A stretch of 64,000 nucleotides of DNA, taken from the NCBI GenBank assembly GCA_963729605.1, contig CAVSNY010000007.1, positions 1 through 64,000 of the forward strand, given 5' to 3'. This stretch comes from an uncultured Gammaproteobacteria bacterium. GTDB lineage: Bacteria > Pseudomonadota > Gammaproteobacteria > DRLM01. Below, in pieces: positions 22,752 through 33,644 of the stretch; position 1 is the first letter of the stretch, and each line of letters opens with the position of its first letter. The notes beneath the pieces are model-generated. The model did not search any database. It was not told the DNA's origin and was given only the letters and a program-made list of their open reading frames with translations. The position numbers and the translations under genes are program-made.

Positions 22752-23507
22752 CTAGTCCGGGAACACCGCGACCGGCAAGCTCTCGAATCCCGGCTTCGCG
22801 AACAGATAGCCCTGAAACAAGCGCACGCCTTGTTCTTCGAACCAGCGGAACTCGTGCAAGGTTTCGATGCCTTCGGCGATGACGTCGATGCCGAGGTCGC
22901 GGCAGACGGCGATAATGGCGCGCACGATGGCTTGGCGCGGTCCGTTGCCGTCGATGCCGCGCAACAGGGTCATGTCGATCTTGATCTGATCGGGCTGGAA
23001 TTCGGCCAGCAGGTTCAAACCCGAATAACCCGCGCCGAAGTCGTCGATCGCGACTTTTATGCCGCGCGCGCGGTATTGATTGATGAGCTGCGCGAATTGA
23101 GCGTGGTCGTTGATAATCTCGCCTTCAGTCATCTCGATGACGAGACGCTCGAAGGCGATCCCATGCCGTTCCGCGGCCTCGAGCGTGCCGTCCAAGGCCG
23201 CGCGCGAGTTGAGCAGGCTTTGCGGGAGAAAATTCAAATTGAGGTCGCAGGCCAGTTTCAGCTTCGCGGCCGTCGCTATCGCGACGATGCGGCCGCCGGC
23301 GTCGAAGCGGTGAATGTCAACGGGAGCGACGCGACTCAGAATACTGGATGCCGATTCGCCGCGCGGACCGCGGATCAAGGCTTCGTATGAAATGATCTCG
23401 CGGGCGATCGAATCGACGATGGGCTGAAAGGCGAATGAAAACTCGATGGCGGATACGCGCTCCGCCGCGCCCGGCGCGCAGTCGGTTATGATGGCGCTGG
23501 TGGACAT
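22752..23507 (-). CDS. EAL-domain c-di-GMP phosphodiesterase
   Basis: FQPIV, YEAL, NLN, IEMTE, DDFGAGYS, IKID, AEGIE, QGY all present. Confidence 0.93.
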   Translation of the reverse strand: MSTSAIITDCAPGAAERVSAIEFSFAFQPIVDSIAREIISYEALIRGPRGESASSILSRVAPVDIHRFDAGGRIVAIATAAKLKLACDLNLNFLPQSLLNSRAALDGTLEAAERHGIAFERLVIEMTEGEIINDHAQFAQLINQYRARGIKVAIDDFGAGYSGLNLLAEFQPDQIKIDMTLLRGIDGNGPRQAIVRAIIAVCRDLGIDVIAEGIETLHEFRWFEEQGVRLFQGYLFAKPGFESLPVAVFPD

Positions 23508-23512
23508 CGCGT

Positions 23513-23974
23513 CTAAGCGGCCGACGATTTGGCCGCGCCGCAAATCCGCGACCGCCAACTGCCCTGGCCAAAAGCCGTCACCAATTTTTTTGCGCGGCCG
23601 CTGCCCAGTTGGGCGAGCACCGAGCCTTCGGCGAAGAAGTCGTTCAATCCGTCGAGTCGCTGAAATTCCCGCACGCTTATTTCCGCGAAGCCCATCGTCC
23701 AATCGCCGAACGCGCGTTTGACGATCGGCTCCTTGATGATGGTCACCACCTTGGCGTGACGCTTATCCAGGGCGATCTTCGCGAACTGCCGGTCGACCGC
23801 GGCCGGTTCACCTTCCAGGACTTGAAAGAAGTTACCCTCGATGTACAAGAGCATGCCGGTAATACCCACCTGGGCGTTGGCTTCGCGCGCCTTACGCAGA
23901 AGCACGACCAGTTCCTGCTGGTCGAAATCGTTCACGGCGGTGCTGGCGTAAATGAGATGGACTAATGTACTCAT
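23513..23974 (-). CDS. Stand-alone BLUF blue-light sensor
   Basis: LIYAS, N..GITGMLLY, FFQVLEG, DKRH, RAFGDWTM. Confidence 0.93.
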   Translation of the reverse strand: MSTLVHLIYASTAVNDFDQQELVVLLRKAREANAQVGITGMLLYIEGNFFQVLEGEPAAVDRQFAKIALDKRHAKVVTIIKEPIVKRAFGDWTMGFAEISVREFQRLDGLNDFFAEGSVLAQLGSGRAKKLVTAFGQGSWRSRICGAAKSSAA

Positions 23975-24353
23975 GACTAAATCCCGTATTTCTATGCGCG
24001 TTTTCATGAGCCCGGGGCTCGATTATTTATCGATTGGCGCCGGGATTTCTTAAGGCGGCGGACTGCCCGGCCTGCGCTTGGCCGGTAAAAACGCTGGGAA
24101 ATCAAAAGGTGTTTGAATGCGACGCCGGAATGGCGGCACGGCGCTAAAAGGCCAACACAGGGGTTATTTCGTAAACCCCATTGTAATTTTTACCGGCTCA
24201 TCTTGATTCAAATAAGCCTTTCAGGCCGCGTGGCCCGCTTTTCCGGACAAGGGCGGCGCAGCGGGCCTTTCACGATTTTTGCATCTGCAGGTTTGGTGGG
24301 CGCCACGTTGTTAAGTGCGCCGCGGGTCGCCAGCCATTACCGGAGAGCGGAAA

Positions 24354-25256
24354 ATGCAAAGAGCCTTATGGAAAGGCGCCATCAGCTTCGGCTTGGTGTA
24401 CATCCCGGTGCAGTTGTTCAGCGCCGACGACAGCCACGGACTCGATCTCGCCATGGTGGACAAACGTGATTTCTCCCCCATCGGCTATAAGCGCATCAAC
24501 AAACACACCGGCAAGGAAGTAGCGTGGGACCACATCGTCAAGGCCTATGAATACGAGGACGATCGCTACGTGGTGCTCACGGAGGCGGACCTCCGCCGCG
24601 CCAATGCCAAGGCCACCCGCACCATCGACATTTTGAGCTTCGTCGAGGCGGCTCAGATTCCGCCCGTCTACTACGAAAAACCTTATTATCTCGCCCCCGG
24701 CAAAGGCGGCGAAAAGGTGTACGCCCTGCTGCGCGAGGCGCTGTTGCGCTCGGAGAAAGTGGCTATTTCACAAATCGTCATCCGCACCAAACAGCACCTC
24801 GCCGCCCTGGCGCCCATGGACGACATGATCGTCTTGAACACCTTGCGTTATGGCGACGAGCTGCGATCGGCCGAGGAGTTGCACGTACCGCAAGGCGGAC
24901 TTAAAGAGTCCGGCATCAGCGCCAAAGAACTGGACATGGCGCTGACGCTCATCGCTGGCATGACGGAAGAGTGGGACGCCGGGCGTTATCGCGATACTTA
25001 TCGCGAGGACCTGTTGGCCTTGGTGAAAAAGAAGGTCAAGGCCCGGCAGACCAAAATCATCACCGAAGCCGATGACGACGAGGATTCCTCGCCGCCGTCC
25101 GCCCAGGTGATCGACTTGATGGCGCTGCTCAAACAAAGCGTCAACCGCAAGGGCACAAAATCCACGGGCAAAACCCCCGTCCGGAAAACGCGCGGCGGCA
25201 AAAGACCGGCCGCGAAAAAACCCGCGAAGACCGCCGCGAGATCGAAGACGGGTTGA
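24354..25256 (+). CDS. ku: Ku protein (NHEJ)
   Basis: WKGAISFGLV.IPV, KPYYLAP, YRDTY, VIDLMALL, basic tail. Confidence 0.96.
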   Translation: MQRALWKGAISFGLVYIPVQLFSADDSHGLDLAMVDKRDFSPIGYKRINKHTGKEVAWDHIVKAYEYEDDRYVVLTEADLRRANAKATRTIDILSFVEAAQIPPVYYEKPYYLAPGKGGEKVYALLREALLRSEKVAISQIVIRTKQHLAALAPMDDMIVLNTLRYGDELRSAEELHVPQGGLKESGISAKELDMALTLIAGMTEEWDAGRYRDTYREDLLALVKKKVKARQTKIITEADDDEDSSPPSAQVIDLMALLKQSVNRKGTKSTGKTPVRKTRGGKRPAAKKPAKTAARSKTG

Positions 25257-25259
25257 TTT

Positions 25260-27863
25260 ATGAAAACCAAAAAAAGGCCCGCCGTCCGTAACCAGCCGCT
25301 CGCCGATTACTGGCGGAAACGCGACTTCGATAACACGCCGGAGCCGCGCGGCAAACCGGCGAAACCCGGCAAGGCCCTCCGGTTCTTCATCCAGAAACAC
25401 GCGGCGCGGCGCCTGCATTATGACTTTCGTCTCGAACTCGGCGGAACCTTGAAGAGCTGGGCCGTCCCCAAGGGACCGAGCCTCGACCCCCGCGATAAAC
25501 GCCTGGCGGTGCGCGTCGAAGATCATCCCTTGGATTACGGCGATTTTGAAGGCGTCATCCCCGCGCATCACTACGGCGCCGGCAGCGTGCTGGTGTGGGA
25601 CAAGGGCGTCTGGCTACCCGAAGGCGATCCCGCGCAGGGCCTGCGCCAAGGCCATCTCAAGTTCGAGTTGCGCGGTGTAAAACTCACCGGCCGCTGGGCC
25701 TTGGTGCGCATGGGCACGCCCAAGGAGGACAAGGAAAACTGGCTGCTCATCAAGGAACGCGACGACGCGGCCAAGACCGGCGAGGCCGTCACCGAGTTGC
25801 AACCCGACAGCGTGCTCGGCGCCGCCGCTAAAAAAAACCTGGCCAGGGCGCGCGGAAAAACCGAAAAATCCGCCCTGAAGAAGAAAACCGCCGCCACGCA
25901 AGCAGTCGATGCGATCATCGGCGCGCGCAAAGCGGCGCTGCCCGATCAGATTAAACCGCAGCTGGCGACGCTCATCGATCGCGCGCCCAGCGGCGAAGCC
26001 TGGCTGTCGGAGATAAAATTCGACGGCTACCGTGCCCTCTGCAAGATCGCGCGCGGCGACGCCCGTCTCTATAGCCGCGGCGGCAATGACCGCACGCGCA
26101 AATGGCGGACGATCGCCGCCGCGGCGGCGCGGCTGCCGGTCGAACAGGCGTGGCTGGACGGCGAGGTGGTCGCCATCGACGACGACGGCGCCGTCAGTTT
26201 TCAACTGCTGCAAAACATCGAACGCGACCAGGCGCGCGGCCGCCTCGCCTATTACGTCTTCGATCTTCTTTATTTGAACGGCTACGACTTGCGCGGCGCG
26301 GCGCTGACGCAACGCAAGCGATTGCTGAAGCACGTGCTCGCCGAGGCGGGCGATCCGATTTTCTTCAGCGATCATCTCGACGGCGACGCGCCCGAGGTTT
26401 TCAAAAATGCCTGCGCCCAGGGTTTGGAAGGCATCATCGTCAAACGCGGCGACGCGCCTTACCAATCGGCGCGCAGCCGCGACTGGCTCAAGGTGAAATG
26501 CGTAAAACGCCAGGAGTTCGTGATCGGCGGCTACACCGATCCCGCCGGCCGCCGCGAAGAATTCGGCGCGCTGCTGGTCGGTGTCCATGACGCCGCCGGC
26601 CAGCTGCGTTACGCCGGCCGGGTTGGCACCGGCTTCGACGGCGCCACCTTGCGCGCGCTCGCCGAGAAATTTAAAAAGGTCGCGGCCAAAGCGCCGCCCT
26701 TTATCAATCCGCCCACCGGCGCGGAGGCGGCCGGCGTGCACTGGCTTAAACCGCAACTCATCGCCGAGGTGAAATTCGCGCAATGGACCGCCGCCGGGAT
26801 CATTCGCCACGCCGCCTTCGTCGGCCTGCGCAGCGACAAACGCAGCCGCGAGATACGCCGTGAAGAACCGCTGCCGGTCGCCGAGTTGGCGGCCGGCAAG
26901 AAGAAAGCCAAGGCCGCCGCGCGCAAACACGACGACATGCCCGATGAGCCGCGCGGCGGCGATGAACGGAACGCGACCGCCGCGGGCGTCACCTTGACCC
27001 ATGCCGATCGCGTACTGTTTCCGGCGATGGGTCTCACCAAGCTCGAGCTGGCGCAATATTACGAAGAGGTCGAAGCATGGATATTGCCCCACGTCACCCG
27101 CCGGCCACTGACGCTGGTGCGTTGTCCCGACGGCGTCGGCGAGCAATGTTTTTATCAAAAACACGTCAACAGGACCACGGTCAAAGGCATCGCCACCGTC
27201 GAGGTCCCGAGCGGCGGCGGCACGGCGACGTATATGACGGTCAAATCGCTCTCCGATCTGGCGGGCCTGGTGCAAATGGGCGTACTCGAGTTGCACACGT
27301 GGGGCGCGCACGCCGGCCGCCTCGATAAGCCGGATCGCCTGATCTTCGATCTCGATCCCGCGCCCGGCCTGCCGTGGCGGGAGGTGATAACCGCCGCGCA
27401 ATTGGTGCGCGGGCTGTTGGAAGAGATCGGTTTGATCAGTTTCGTCAAGACTACCGGCGGTAAAGGTTTGCACGTCGTGGTGCCGCTCAAGCCTGAACGG
27501 GGCTGGGACGAGGTCAAAGGCTTTTCCCGCGCCGTCGCCCATCATCTCGCGCGGACCCTGCCGGACCGTTACACCGCCAAGATGACCAAGCGCACCCGCA
27601 CCGGCAAAATTTTCATCGACTATCTGCGCAACGCCGCCGAGGCGACCGCGGTGGCGGCCTATTCGACGCGGGCCAAACCCGGCGCACCGGTCTCGACGCC
27701 GATCGCCTGGGATGAATTGAACGAGGATTTGCGTTCCGACAGTTTCAACGTCGCCAATCTCCGCGAACGCCTGCGGCGCTTGCAACACGATCCATGGGCT
27801 GACTACTTTTCGTCGCGGCAACGCCTCACCGCAAAAATGCTGCGGCTGTTCGCGACCGGATGA
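25260..27863 (+). CDS. ligD: DNA ligase D (PE-LIG-POL)
   Basis: QKHAARRLHYDFRLE; EIKFDGYR; FDLDP..KTTGGKGLH. Confidence 0.97.
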   Translation: MKTKKRPAVRNQPLADYWRKRDFDNTPEPRGKPAKPGKALRFFIQKHAARRLHYDFRLELGGTLKSWAVPKGPSLDPRDKRLAVRVEDHPLDYGDFEGVIPAHHYGAGSVLVWDKGVWLPEGDPAQGLRQGHLKFELRGVKLTGRWALVRMGTPKEDKENWLLIKERDDAAKTGEAVTELQPDSVLGAAAKKNLARARGKTEKSALKKKTAATQAVDAIIGARKAALPDQIKPQLATLIDRAPSGEAWLSEIKFDGYRALCKIARGDARLYSRGGNDRTRKWRTIAAAAARLPVEQAWLDGEVVAIDDDGAVSFQLLQNIERDQARGRLAYYVFDLLYLNGYDLRGAALTQRKRLLKHVLAEAGDPIFFSDHLDGDAPEVFKNACAQGLEGIIVKRGDAPYQSARSRDWLKVKCVKRQEFVIGGYTDPAGRREEFGALLVGVHDAAGQLRYAGRVGTGFDGATLRALAEKFKKVAAKAPPFINPPTGAEAAGVHWLKPQLIAEVKFAQWTAAGIIRHAAFVGLRSDKRSREIRREEPLPVAELAAGKKKAKAAARKHDDMPDEPRGGDERNATAAGVTLTHADRVLFPAMGLTKLELAQYYEEVEAWILPHVTRRPLTLVRCPDGVGEQCFYQKHVNRTTVKGIATVEVPSGGGTATYMTVKSLSDLAGLVQMGVLELHTWGAHAGRLDKPDRLIFDLDPAPGLPWREVITAAQLVRGLLEEIGLISFVKTTGGKGLHVVVPLKPERGWDEVKGFSRAVAHHLARTLPDRYTAKMTKRTRTGKIFIDYLRNAAEATAVAAYSTRAKPGAPVSTPIAWDELNEDLRSDSFNVANLRERLRRLQHDPWADYFSSRQRLTAKMLRLFATG

Positions 27864-28101
27864 CGGACGCACGTAAAAGTGGCGGCCGGCGAACACCGGT
27901 TTATTGTCGCCGCTTGGCCACAAGCCGGCAGGTGCACTGCCAGTGTGTTATGGTTGCGGTCGCAGGTTCGCCGCCGCTGGCGCAAAGCCGGTGCGCCGAC
28001 TCATCTCGGGACGGCATCCACCGCGCAATAGTGAACGGATACAGTACGCGTCGAAAGTAGATCGCTGAAAAAATTTCGTACCCATCTCCAAGGAGACCAT
28101 C

Positions 28102-28326
28102 ATGAATAAAATGACTCGCGCCCTGTCCACCGCCGCCTTGGTATTGTTCGGCCTCGGCCTTGGCGCTTGCAGCCAAGAAGGACCGGCCGAACGCGCCGGC
28201 GAGAAAATCGACAACGCCATCGAAGAGACCGGTGAAAGCATCGACTCCGCCCTCGAAAATGCCGGCGATAAAATCGAAGACGCCACCGACAAGGTGGAAG
28301 ACAAGATGGAAGAAAAAGCGCACTAG
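28102..28326 (+). CDS. Small lipoprotein with 11-mer amphipathic repeats
   Basis: SD AAGGAG, lipobox LGAC, repeats of AGEKIDNAIEE. Confidence 0.85.
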   Translation: MNKMTRALSTAALVLFGLGLGACSQEGPAERAGEKIDNAIEETGESIDSALENAGDKIEDATDKVEDKMEEKAH

Positions 28327-28470
28327 ACCTCATCTCAAAATAGAGATCCCAACACGGGTCGGGGCCTCATTCACCTTCCCCCTCGCGTACGAGGAGAGCG
28401 GGAGGATGTGGCGGGCAGGGAAGAGAACGCCCAGATGACCGCCGTTGCTCCGCAAAAAAATCTTCTCATT

Positions 28471-28506
28471 CCTCTCCCGCTGCGGGAGAGGGGCGCGTGT
28501 TGAGGG
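28471..28506. repeat. CCCTCTCCC/GGGAGAGGG palindromic repeat (degenerate)
   Basis: cctctcccgctgcgggagagggg; same family as at 33.2k, 54.5k, 60.9k and 62.4k. Confidence 0.65.
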
Positions 28507-28904
28507 TTCCTCAACACTAAACGGACGAGACCGGCCAGCAGACCCTATCGCTGGGCGAATATCTGATGTCGTCGCGTTTCTGGTTCGAACCTTTTCAGAA
28601 TTGAAAAGCGAATTTCTGACGGTGGGCGTCCTGATCGTTTTATCGATCTGGCTGCGCGAAAAAGGTTCGCCGGAGTCCAAGCCGGTTTTCAGTCCGCACG
28701 AAAAAACGGGGAAATAAACCGCGCCGACGATGACGTCTGACGATCAAGCGGAAACGTGATGTCGTATCCATCCGCTCATGAGGACGATGGAGCGCCGATG
28801 CCGCAAAACACCCGTTTCTACCAATGCGCAACGCTGCGCCGCATCCGATCAACCGCCGCCCGCCCGCTCCGAATGACCGGAGCGGACGGGTTTGGGTTTC
28901 TTCT

Positions 28905-30965
28905 CTACAGAGACAAGGCCAATCCCAACATGACGTTGGTCGGCGGCATGGGCGAGGTGGAGGTAGGCACAGCACCTTGAGTCGGATGCGGGCCGCCCGA
29001 GACGATGTCGGAATACACCTCGTCGAACACGTTGTTGATGTCGAGATAGACGCGCGCCTTCTTGCCCGCCTCGGTGCGGTAGTTGTAGAAGAGCGAGGCC
29101 GTCACGACATTGTGGCCGTCATATTCGATGCTGTTGGCGGCATTGGTGTACCAGGGGCCCACCGAGCGCAAACGCACGCCGCCGCCTAAACCCAGCGGCG
29201 GCGCGTAACTTACGTCGATGTTCGCCACATGCTTCGGCTGGCCGTTGATCTCCTTGCCCACCAGCGCGGCATTGGGATTTTTTTGGACCTCACTCTCGAA
29301 ATAGCCGAAGGTGAAGCCGACTTCGAGATTGGCGATGGCCGGCGGATAGTAGCGTATTTCGCCCTCGAGGCCGGTGCGGCGGGTCTCGCCGGCGTTGTGG
29401 AAGATGCCCGAGCCGGGCGGGTCCTGCAGAATTTCACCGGAGCTGTCGAGCACGAAGGCCGCGAGGTCGAGATACCACTCGGGCGACGGCGCGCCGTTGA
29501 TGCCGACTTCGTATTGCCAGTATTCGACCGCATCGACATTGATGTTGGGATCGAATTTGGCCGTGCCGCTCGGCAGGGCGAAGCCGTTGGCGGCGCTGGC
29601 GCGCAGCTCCCATTTGTCGGTGAGGGCCGAGCGCACGCCCAGCTTGGGGCTGATATGATCGAAGTCGTTGATGTCGCGCTTGATGCCGGTCAATTGATTA
29701 TCGTGCTCACCGCCGAAACTGTCGTAACGCACGCCCAAGGTCGGCCGGAAACGCGGATTGATGTCCAAATCCAACTGGCCGTACAGCGACGTGGTGGTGT
29801 TGTTGAATTCATTTTTCGCGGTCTGGGTCTGGCGGACGTGGATCTGATCATTCCATTGATGGGCGCGGGTATCTTCGTTGTAGTATTCAAAACCCGTCAC
29901 CCAGTTGCTGGCGATGCCGAACAATTGGCTGTTACCGTTCAAGCTGGAGCCGAGCGCTTGCACGCCGCGGTTGTAGCGGAATTCGACCTGCTGGGTGGCC
30001 GGCGGATTGGCGACATTCAGACTGGTTTGATAGCGGGTGAATTCGTGGTCGGTGTTATATAAAAACGTCAGCAGTCTCAGCTTGTCGTTGAAACTGTGAT
30101 TGAAGTCGATGCGCTGGCCGGCGAATTGTTTGTCGCCGGTGTCCTGCTGGGTTCTGACCGTCGGGTCTTGCTGACTGCGGCGGCTTTCGTCCTGGAATTG
30201 ATCCCACAACACATACCCCGGCGCCTGCCAATGACCGCCGTGGCCGCGCAATGACAGGGCGACCTCGGAGCGCTCGCTGATTTCGTAGGCGGCGCGCACG
30301 GCGGCGTTCATTTTCGTGTAGCGGGAATTTTCCCGCCAACCGTCGCTTTCATACCCCTGCAAGGCGCCGTTGATTTGCACCTGGCCGAGTTTGACGCCCA
30401 GCACCCCCTGGGCGTTATAAGTGCCGTAAGAGCCCATCGAAAAATCGAAATCCTGATATTCGCCACCTTTGCGGGTGGCAAAGCTCACCACGCCGCCGCG
30501 GGCAAAGTTGCCGAACAGCGGGGAGACCGGGCCTTTGTAAACCGTCACGCTTTCCAGTTCGAGGGGGATGATGAGATTGGTGTCGGCATAACCGTCGGCA
30601 TGGGACTGGCCCTCGTTCAGGTTGATGCCGTCCAGCACGACACCGGCATCGCCGCCGTGACCGCCGCCGGTGAAGCCGCGCAATTGGAAGACGTCGGCCA
30701 CGCCGCCCTGCTGATAGGACGTCACGTTGACGCCCGGTATTTCCTCGATCAAGGTGATCGGCGATTGCGACTGTTTCGCCCTGATCTGTTCCTGGGAAAT
30801 GGAATTGACCGAAAAGGCCCGGTCGGCCTCGTGCATCCCTTGGCCCTTGATGGTAATGGTGTCCAGCACCACGGCCTTGTTTTCCGTAGCTCCATCGGCC
30901 AAACAGAGCTGACTGCCAAACGCCGAGAGAAATATAGGCAATCCCCACAATGCTTTATGTTTCAT
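28905..30965 (-). CDS. TonB-dependent outer membrane receptor
   Basis: Signal peptide, TonB box DTITI, IPGV..LRGF, VYKGP plug motifs, NNVFD near the C-terminus. Confidence 0.92.
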   Translation of the reverse strand: MKHKALWGLPIFLSAFGSQLCLADGATENKAVVLDTITIKGQGMHEADRAFSVNSISQEQIRAKQSQSPITLIEEIPGVNVTSYQQGGVADVFQLRGFTGGGHGGDAGVVLDGINLNEGQSHADGYADTNLIIPLELESVTVYKGPVSPLFGNFARGGVVSFATRKGGEYQDFDFSMGSYGTYNAQGVLGVKLGQVQINGALQGYESDGWRENSRYTKMNAAVRAAYEISERSEVALSLRGHGGHWQAPGYVLWDQFQDESRRSQQDPTVRTQQDTGDKQFAGQRIDFNHSFNDKLRLLTFLYNTDHEFTRYQTSLNVANPPATQQVEFRYNRGVQALGSSLNGNSQLFGIASNWVTGFEYYNEDTRAHQWNDQIHVRQTQTAKNEFNNTTTSLYGQLDLDINPRFRPTLGVRYDSFGGEHDNQLTGIKRDINDFDHISPKLGVRSALTDKWELRASAANGFALPSGTAKFDPNINVDAVEYWQYEVGINGAPSPEWYLDLAAFVLDSSGEILQDPPGSGIFHNAGETRRTGLEGEIRYYPPAIANLEVGFTFGYFESEVQKNPNAALVGKEINGQPKHVANIDVSYAPPLGLGGGVRLRSVGPWYTNAANSIEYDGHNVVTASLFYNYRTEAGKKARVYLDINNVFDEVYSDIVSGGPHPTQGAVPTSTSPMPPTNVMLGLALSL

Positions 30966-31082
30966 CTGCTCTCCTCTGGATTTTTATTGAATTGAGCGCG
31001 CGGCAAATCGGTTTTATCTTGCCCGGCACCGTCGGGGCAGATAATGACATCTTTTTTACTTTCATGCCACGGACGTTGGCCG

Positions 31083-31609
31083 ATGGCATCGATCGAAGGA
31101 ACCCGAAAGGCATTACCGATCAAGGAGGCCCTCGTTGCCGAGAACGGCTGGTCGCTGCATGCCGACTTCAACAAAACCCCCGTCGCCGAATTCGTCACCG
31201 ACCCGAGAGCGATTGGCTGGCGCTGCTCTCGCAATGGACGCCCTCGAGACTTACACCGGCGGACTGGTGGCCAACCTCGGCAGAGCGGGACTCGGCGGCA
31301 CCTGGGTAAGAGTGTTGTCCTCCGCGGAAAAAGATGTCTGGATCAAGAAGGGCGACGCGGAAATGCGCGCCGCAGATGACGGCGGGCTTTCGCCTGGAGC
31401 GCATCCCCGAAATCATGAAGGCCATGGGCGCACGGCGCCAGGAGGGTTCGAAACAACTCCTCGCCAAACCGGAAGGTGAAGGCGTGGAAAAATTGGCCCG
31501 GCTGATGAACAAGGTGCGCAGCCAAGCCGACCGCTTCTGCGTCGGAGCGGCGTCATCGACAGCGCGGCGGACCTTCCTCGCGCAGGGCCGCGCGCCTCGC
31601 CCGTCCTGA
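31083..31609 (+). pseudogene. Probable multiply frameshifted gene remnant, function unknown
   Basis: Protein-like segments with coding-like codon use switch frame at least three times. Confidence 0.35.
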
Positions 31610-31691
31610 CCACCACCCCGCTTAATGCTAAGATAGGCGCTCTTTTTTGACGACGGGTCTGCCGTCCGCCACGAGCCGAGGTGTTGCACGA

Positions 31692-33128
31692 ATGGAATGG
31701 GAAACTGTCATCGGGCTGGAGATCCACGCCCAGCTCGCCACCAAGAGCAAGATTTTCTCCGGCGCCGCCACCGCCTACGGCGCGGAACCCAACACCCAGG
31801 CCTGTGCCGTCGATCTCGGCCTGCCCGGCGTGCTGCCGGTGCTGAATAAAGAGGCGGTACGGATGGCCACCAAATTCGGCTTGGCCATCCAGGCCACGGT
31901 AGCGCCGCGTTCGGTATTCGCCCGCAAGAATTATTTCTACCCCGACCTGCCCAAGGGTTATCAGATCAGCCAATACGAGCTGCCCATCGTCGCGCAGGGC
32001 CGCCTCGACATCGAGCTGGAAGACGGCGTCACCAAAACCATCGGCGTCACCCGCGCCCATTTGGAGGAAGACGCCGGCAAATCCCTGCACGAGGATTTTC
32101 ACGGCCTCACCGGCATCGATTTGAACCGCGCCGGCACCCCGCTGCTGGAGATCGTCTCCGAGCCGGATCTGCGCTCCGCCAAAGAGGCGGTGGCCTACAT
32201 GAAAAAAATCCACTCGCTGGTGCGTTATCTGGAAATCTGCGACGGCAATATGCAGGAAGGCTCGTTCCGCTGCGACGCCAACGTCTCGGTGCGCCGCAAG
32301 GGCGAAGCAAAATTCGGCACCCGCGCCGAGATCAAGAACATCAACTCCTTCCGTTTCGTCGAGCGCGCCATCAACTACGAGGTCGAACGCCAGATCGAAT
32401 TGATCGAAGGCGGCGGCAAGGTCGTGCAGGAGACTCGCCTTTACGATGCGCAGAAAGACGAGACCCGTTCCATGCGCAGTAAAGAAGAGGCCATGGATTA
32501 TCGCTACTTCCCCGATCCCGATTTATTGCCGGTGGAACTCGACGCGGCCTGGATCGAAGAGGTGCGCGCCACCCTGCCCGAACTGCCCGACGCGAAACGC
32601 GAGCGTTTCATATATGAATACGGCCTCAGTCCCTATGAAGCCGGCGTGCTCACCACCAGCCGAGAGTTGGCGGATTATTACGAAGCCACCGCCAAGGCCG
32701 CCAATGGCGAGGCCAAGCTGGCCGCCAACTGGGTGATCGGCGATCTATTGGGCGCCGTCAACAAGGCCGGTTTGGAGATCACCCAGAGCCCGCTGTCGCC
32801 TGAAACGCTGGCCGGCATGCTGCGCCGCATCGCCGACGACACCATCTCCGGCAAGATCGCCAAGACCGTGTTCGAGGCGATGTGGAACGGCGAGGGCGAC
32901 GCCGACACCGTGATCGAAAAACACGGACTGAAACAGGTCACCGACACCGGCGCCATCGAAAAAGTCATCGACGACGTGATGGCCGCCAACCCCGGCCAGC
33001 TCGCCGATTACCGCGGCGGCAAGGACAAACTGTTCGGCTTCTTCGTCGGCCAGGTGATGAAGCTGAGCCAAGGCAAGGCCAATCCGGCGCAGGTCAACGA
33101 CTTGTTGAAGAAAAAACTCAGCGGCTAA
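31692..33128 (+). CDS. gatB: Asp/Glu-tRNA amidotransferase subunit B
   Basis: [34 protein letters not shown]. Confidence 0.98.
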   Translation: MEWETVIGLEIHAQLATKSKIFSGAATAYGAEPNTQACAVDLGLPGVLPVLNKEAVRMATKFGLAIQATVAPRSVFARKNYFYPDLPKGYQISQYELPIVAQGRLDIELEDGVTKTIGVTRAHLEEDAGKSLHEDFHGLTGIDLNRAGTPLLEIVSEPDLRSAKEAVAYMKKIHSLVRYLEICDGNMQEGSFRCDANVSVRRKGEAKFGTRAEIKNINSFRFVERAINYEVERQIELIEGGGKVVQETRLYDAQKDETRSMRSKEEAMDYRYFPDPDLLPVELDAAWIEEVRATLPELPDAKRERFIYEYGLSPYEAGVLTTSRELADYYEATAKAANGEAKLAANWVIGDLLGAVNKAGLEITQSPLSPETLAGMLRRIADDTISGKIAKTVFEAMWNGEGDADTVIEKHGLKQVTDTGAIEKVIDDVMAANPGQLADYRGGKDKLFGFFVGQVMKLSQGKANPAQVNDLLKKKLSG

Positions 33129-33143
33129 AACTGAGCCGCTTAC

Positions 33144-33338
33144 CAACCACTCCTCGTAAACATCGCGCCGGCGTTCGCAACACCCCCTCCCCCGCAGCGG
33201 GGGAGAGACGCGGTGTGTTATGAACAAGCTCGGCGCGCATGCCCCCTCCGGGCCGCATAACAAACCACCCCTCGTAAACATCGCGCCGGCGTTCGCAACA
33301 CCCCCTCTCCCGCGGGCGGGAGAGGGCCGGGGTGAGGG
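33144..33338. repeat. Tandem ~60-bp direct repeats carrying CCCTCTCCC palindromes
   Basis: cctcgtaaacatcgcgccggcgttcgcaacaccccct.. occurs at about 33152 and 33270. Confidence 0.85.
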
Positions 33339-33644
33339 CGCCACGCTGACCCGCCATCAGTGCGCAAGCACGCTGCCCTCCCTCATCCGCGGCCCCCGTT
33401 TCACGAGAGGGAAGATGTGTTCCGATATTTTTCAATGCCAAACGGACAAAGCTTGGCTTACCCCCGTCATTCAATTTCAAAATTGAGACGGAGTTCTCAA
33501 TTCAAGATACGGTTCGCCGAAGAATAATCCGACGTCCGAAACTCATGACCCGCGCCGTTTATTAAAAAACGAGCTTGAGACGGCGGCTATAATGCGCGCG
33601 CGTTTCGCGCCGATCTATTCGTTGAATAGTTTTTACATGAGACG

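Noticed and set aside
31040-31058. Fur-box-like GATAATGACATC upstream of the TonB receptor
   Set aside because: Only about 12/19 matches and the second half-site is missing.
33144-33338. Direct repeats considered as a CRISPR array (also 56044-56372)
   Set aside because: Only two long units with REP-like palindromes, no regular spacers and no cas genes.
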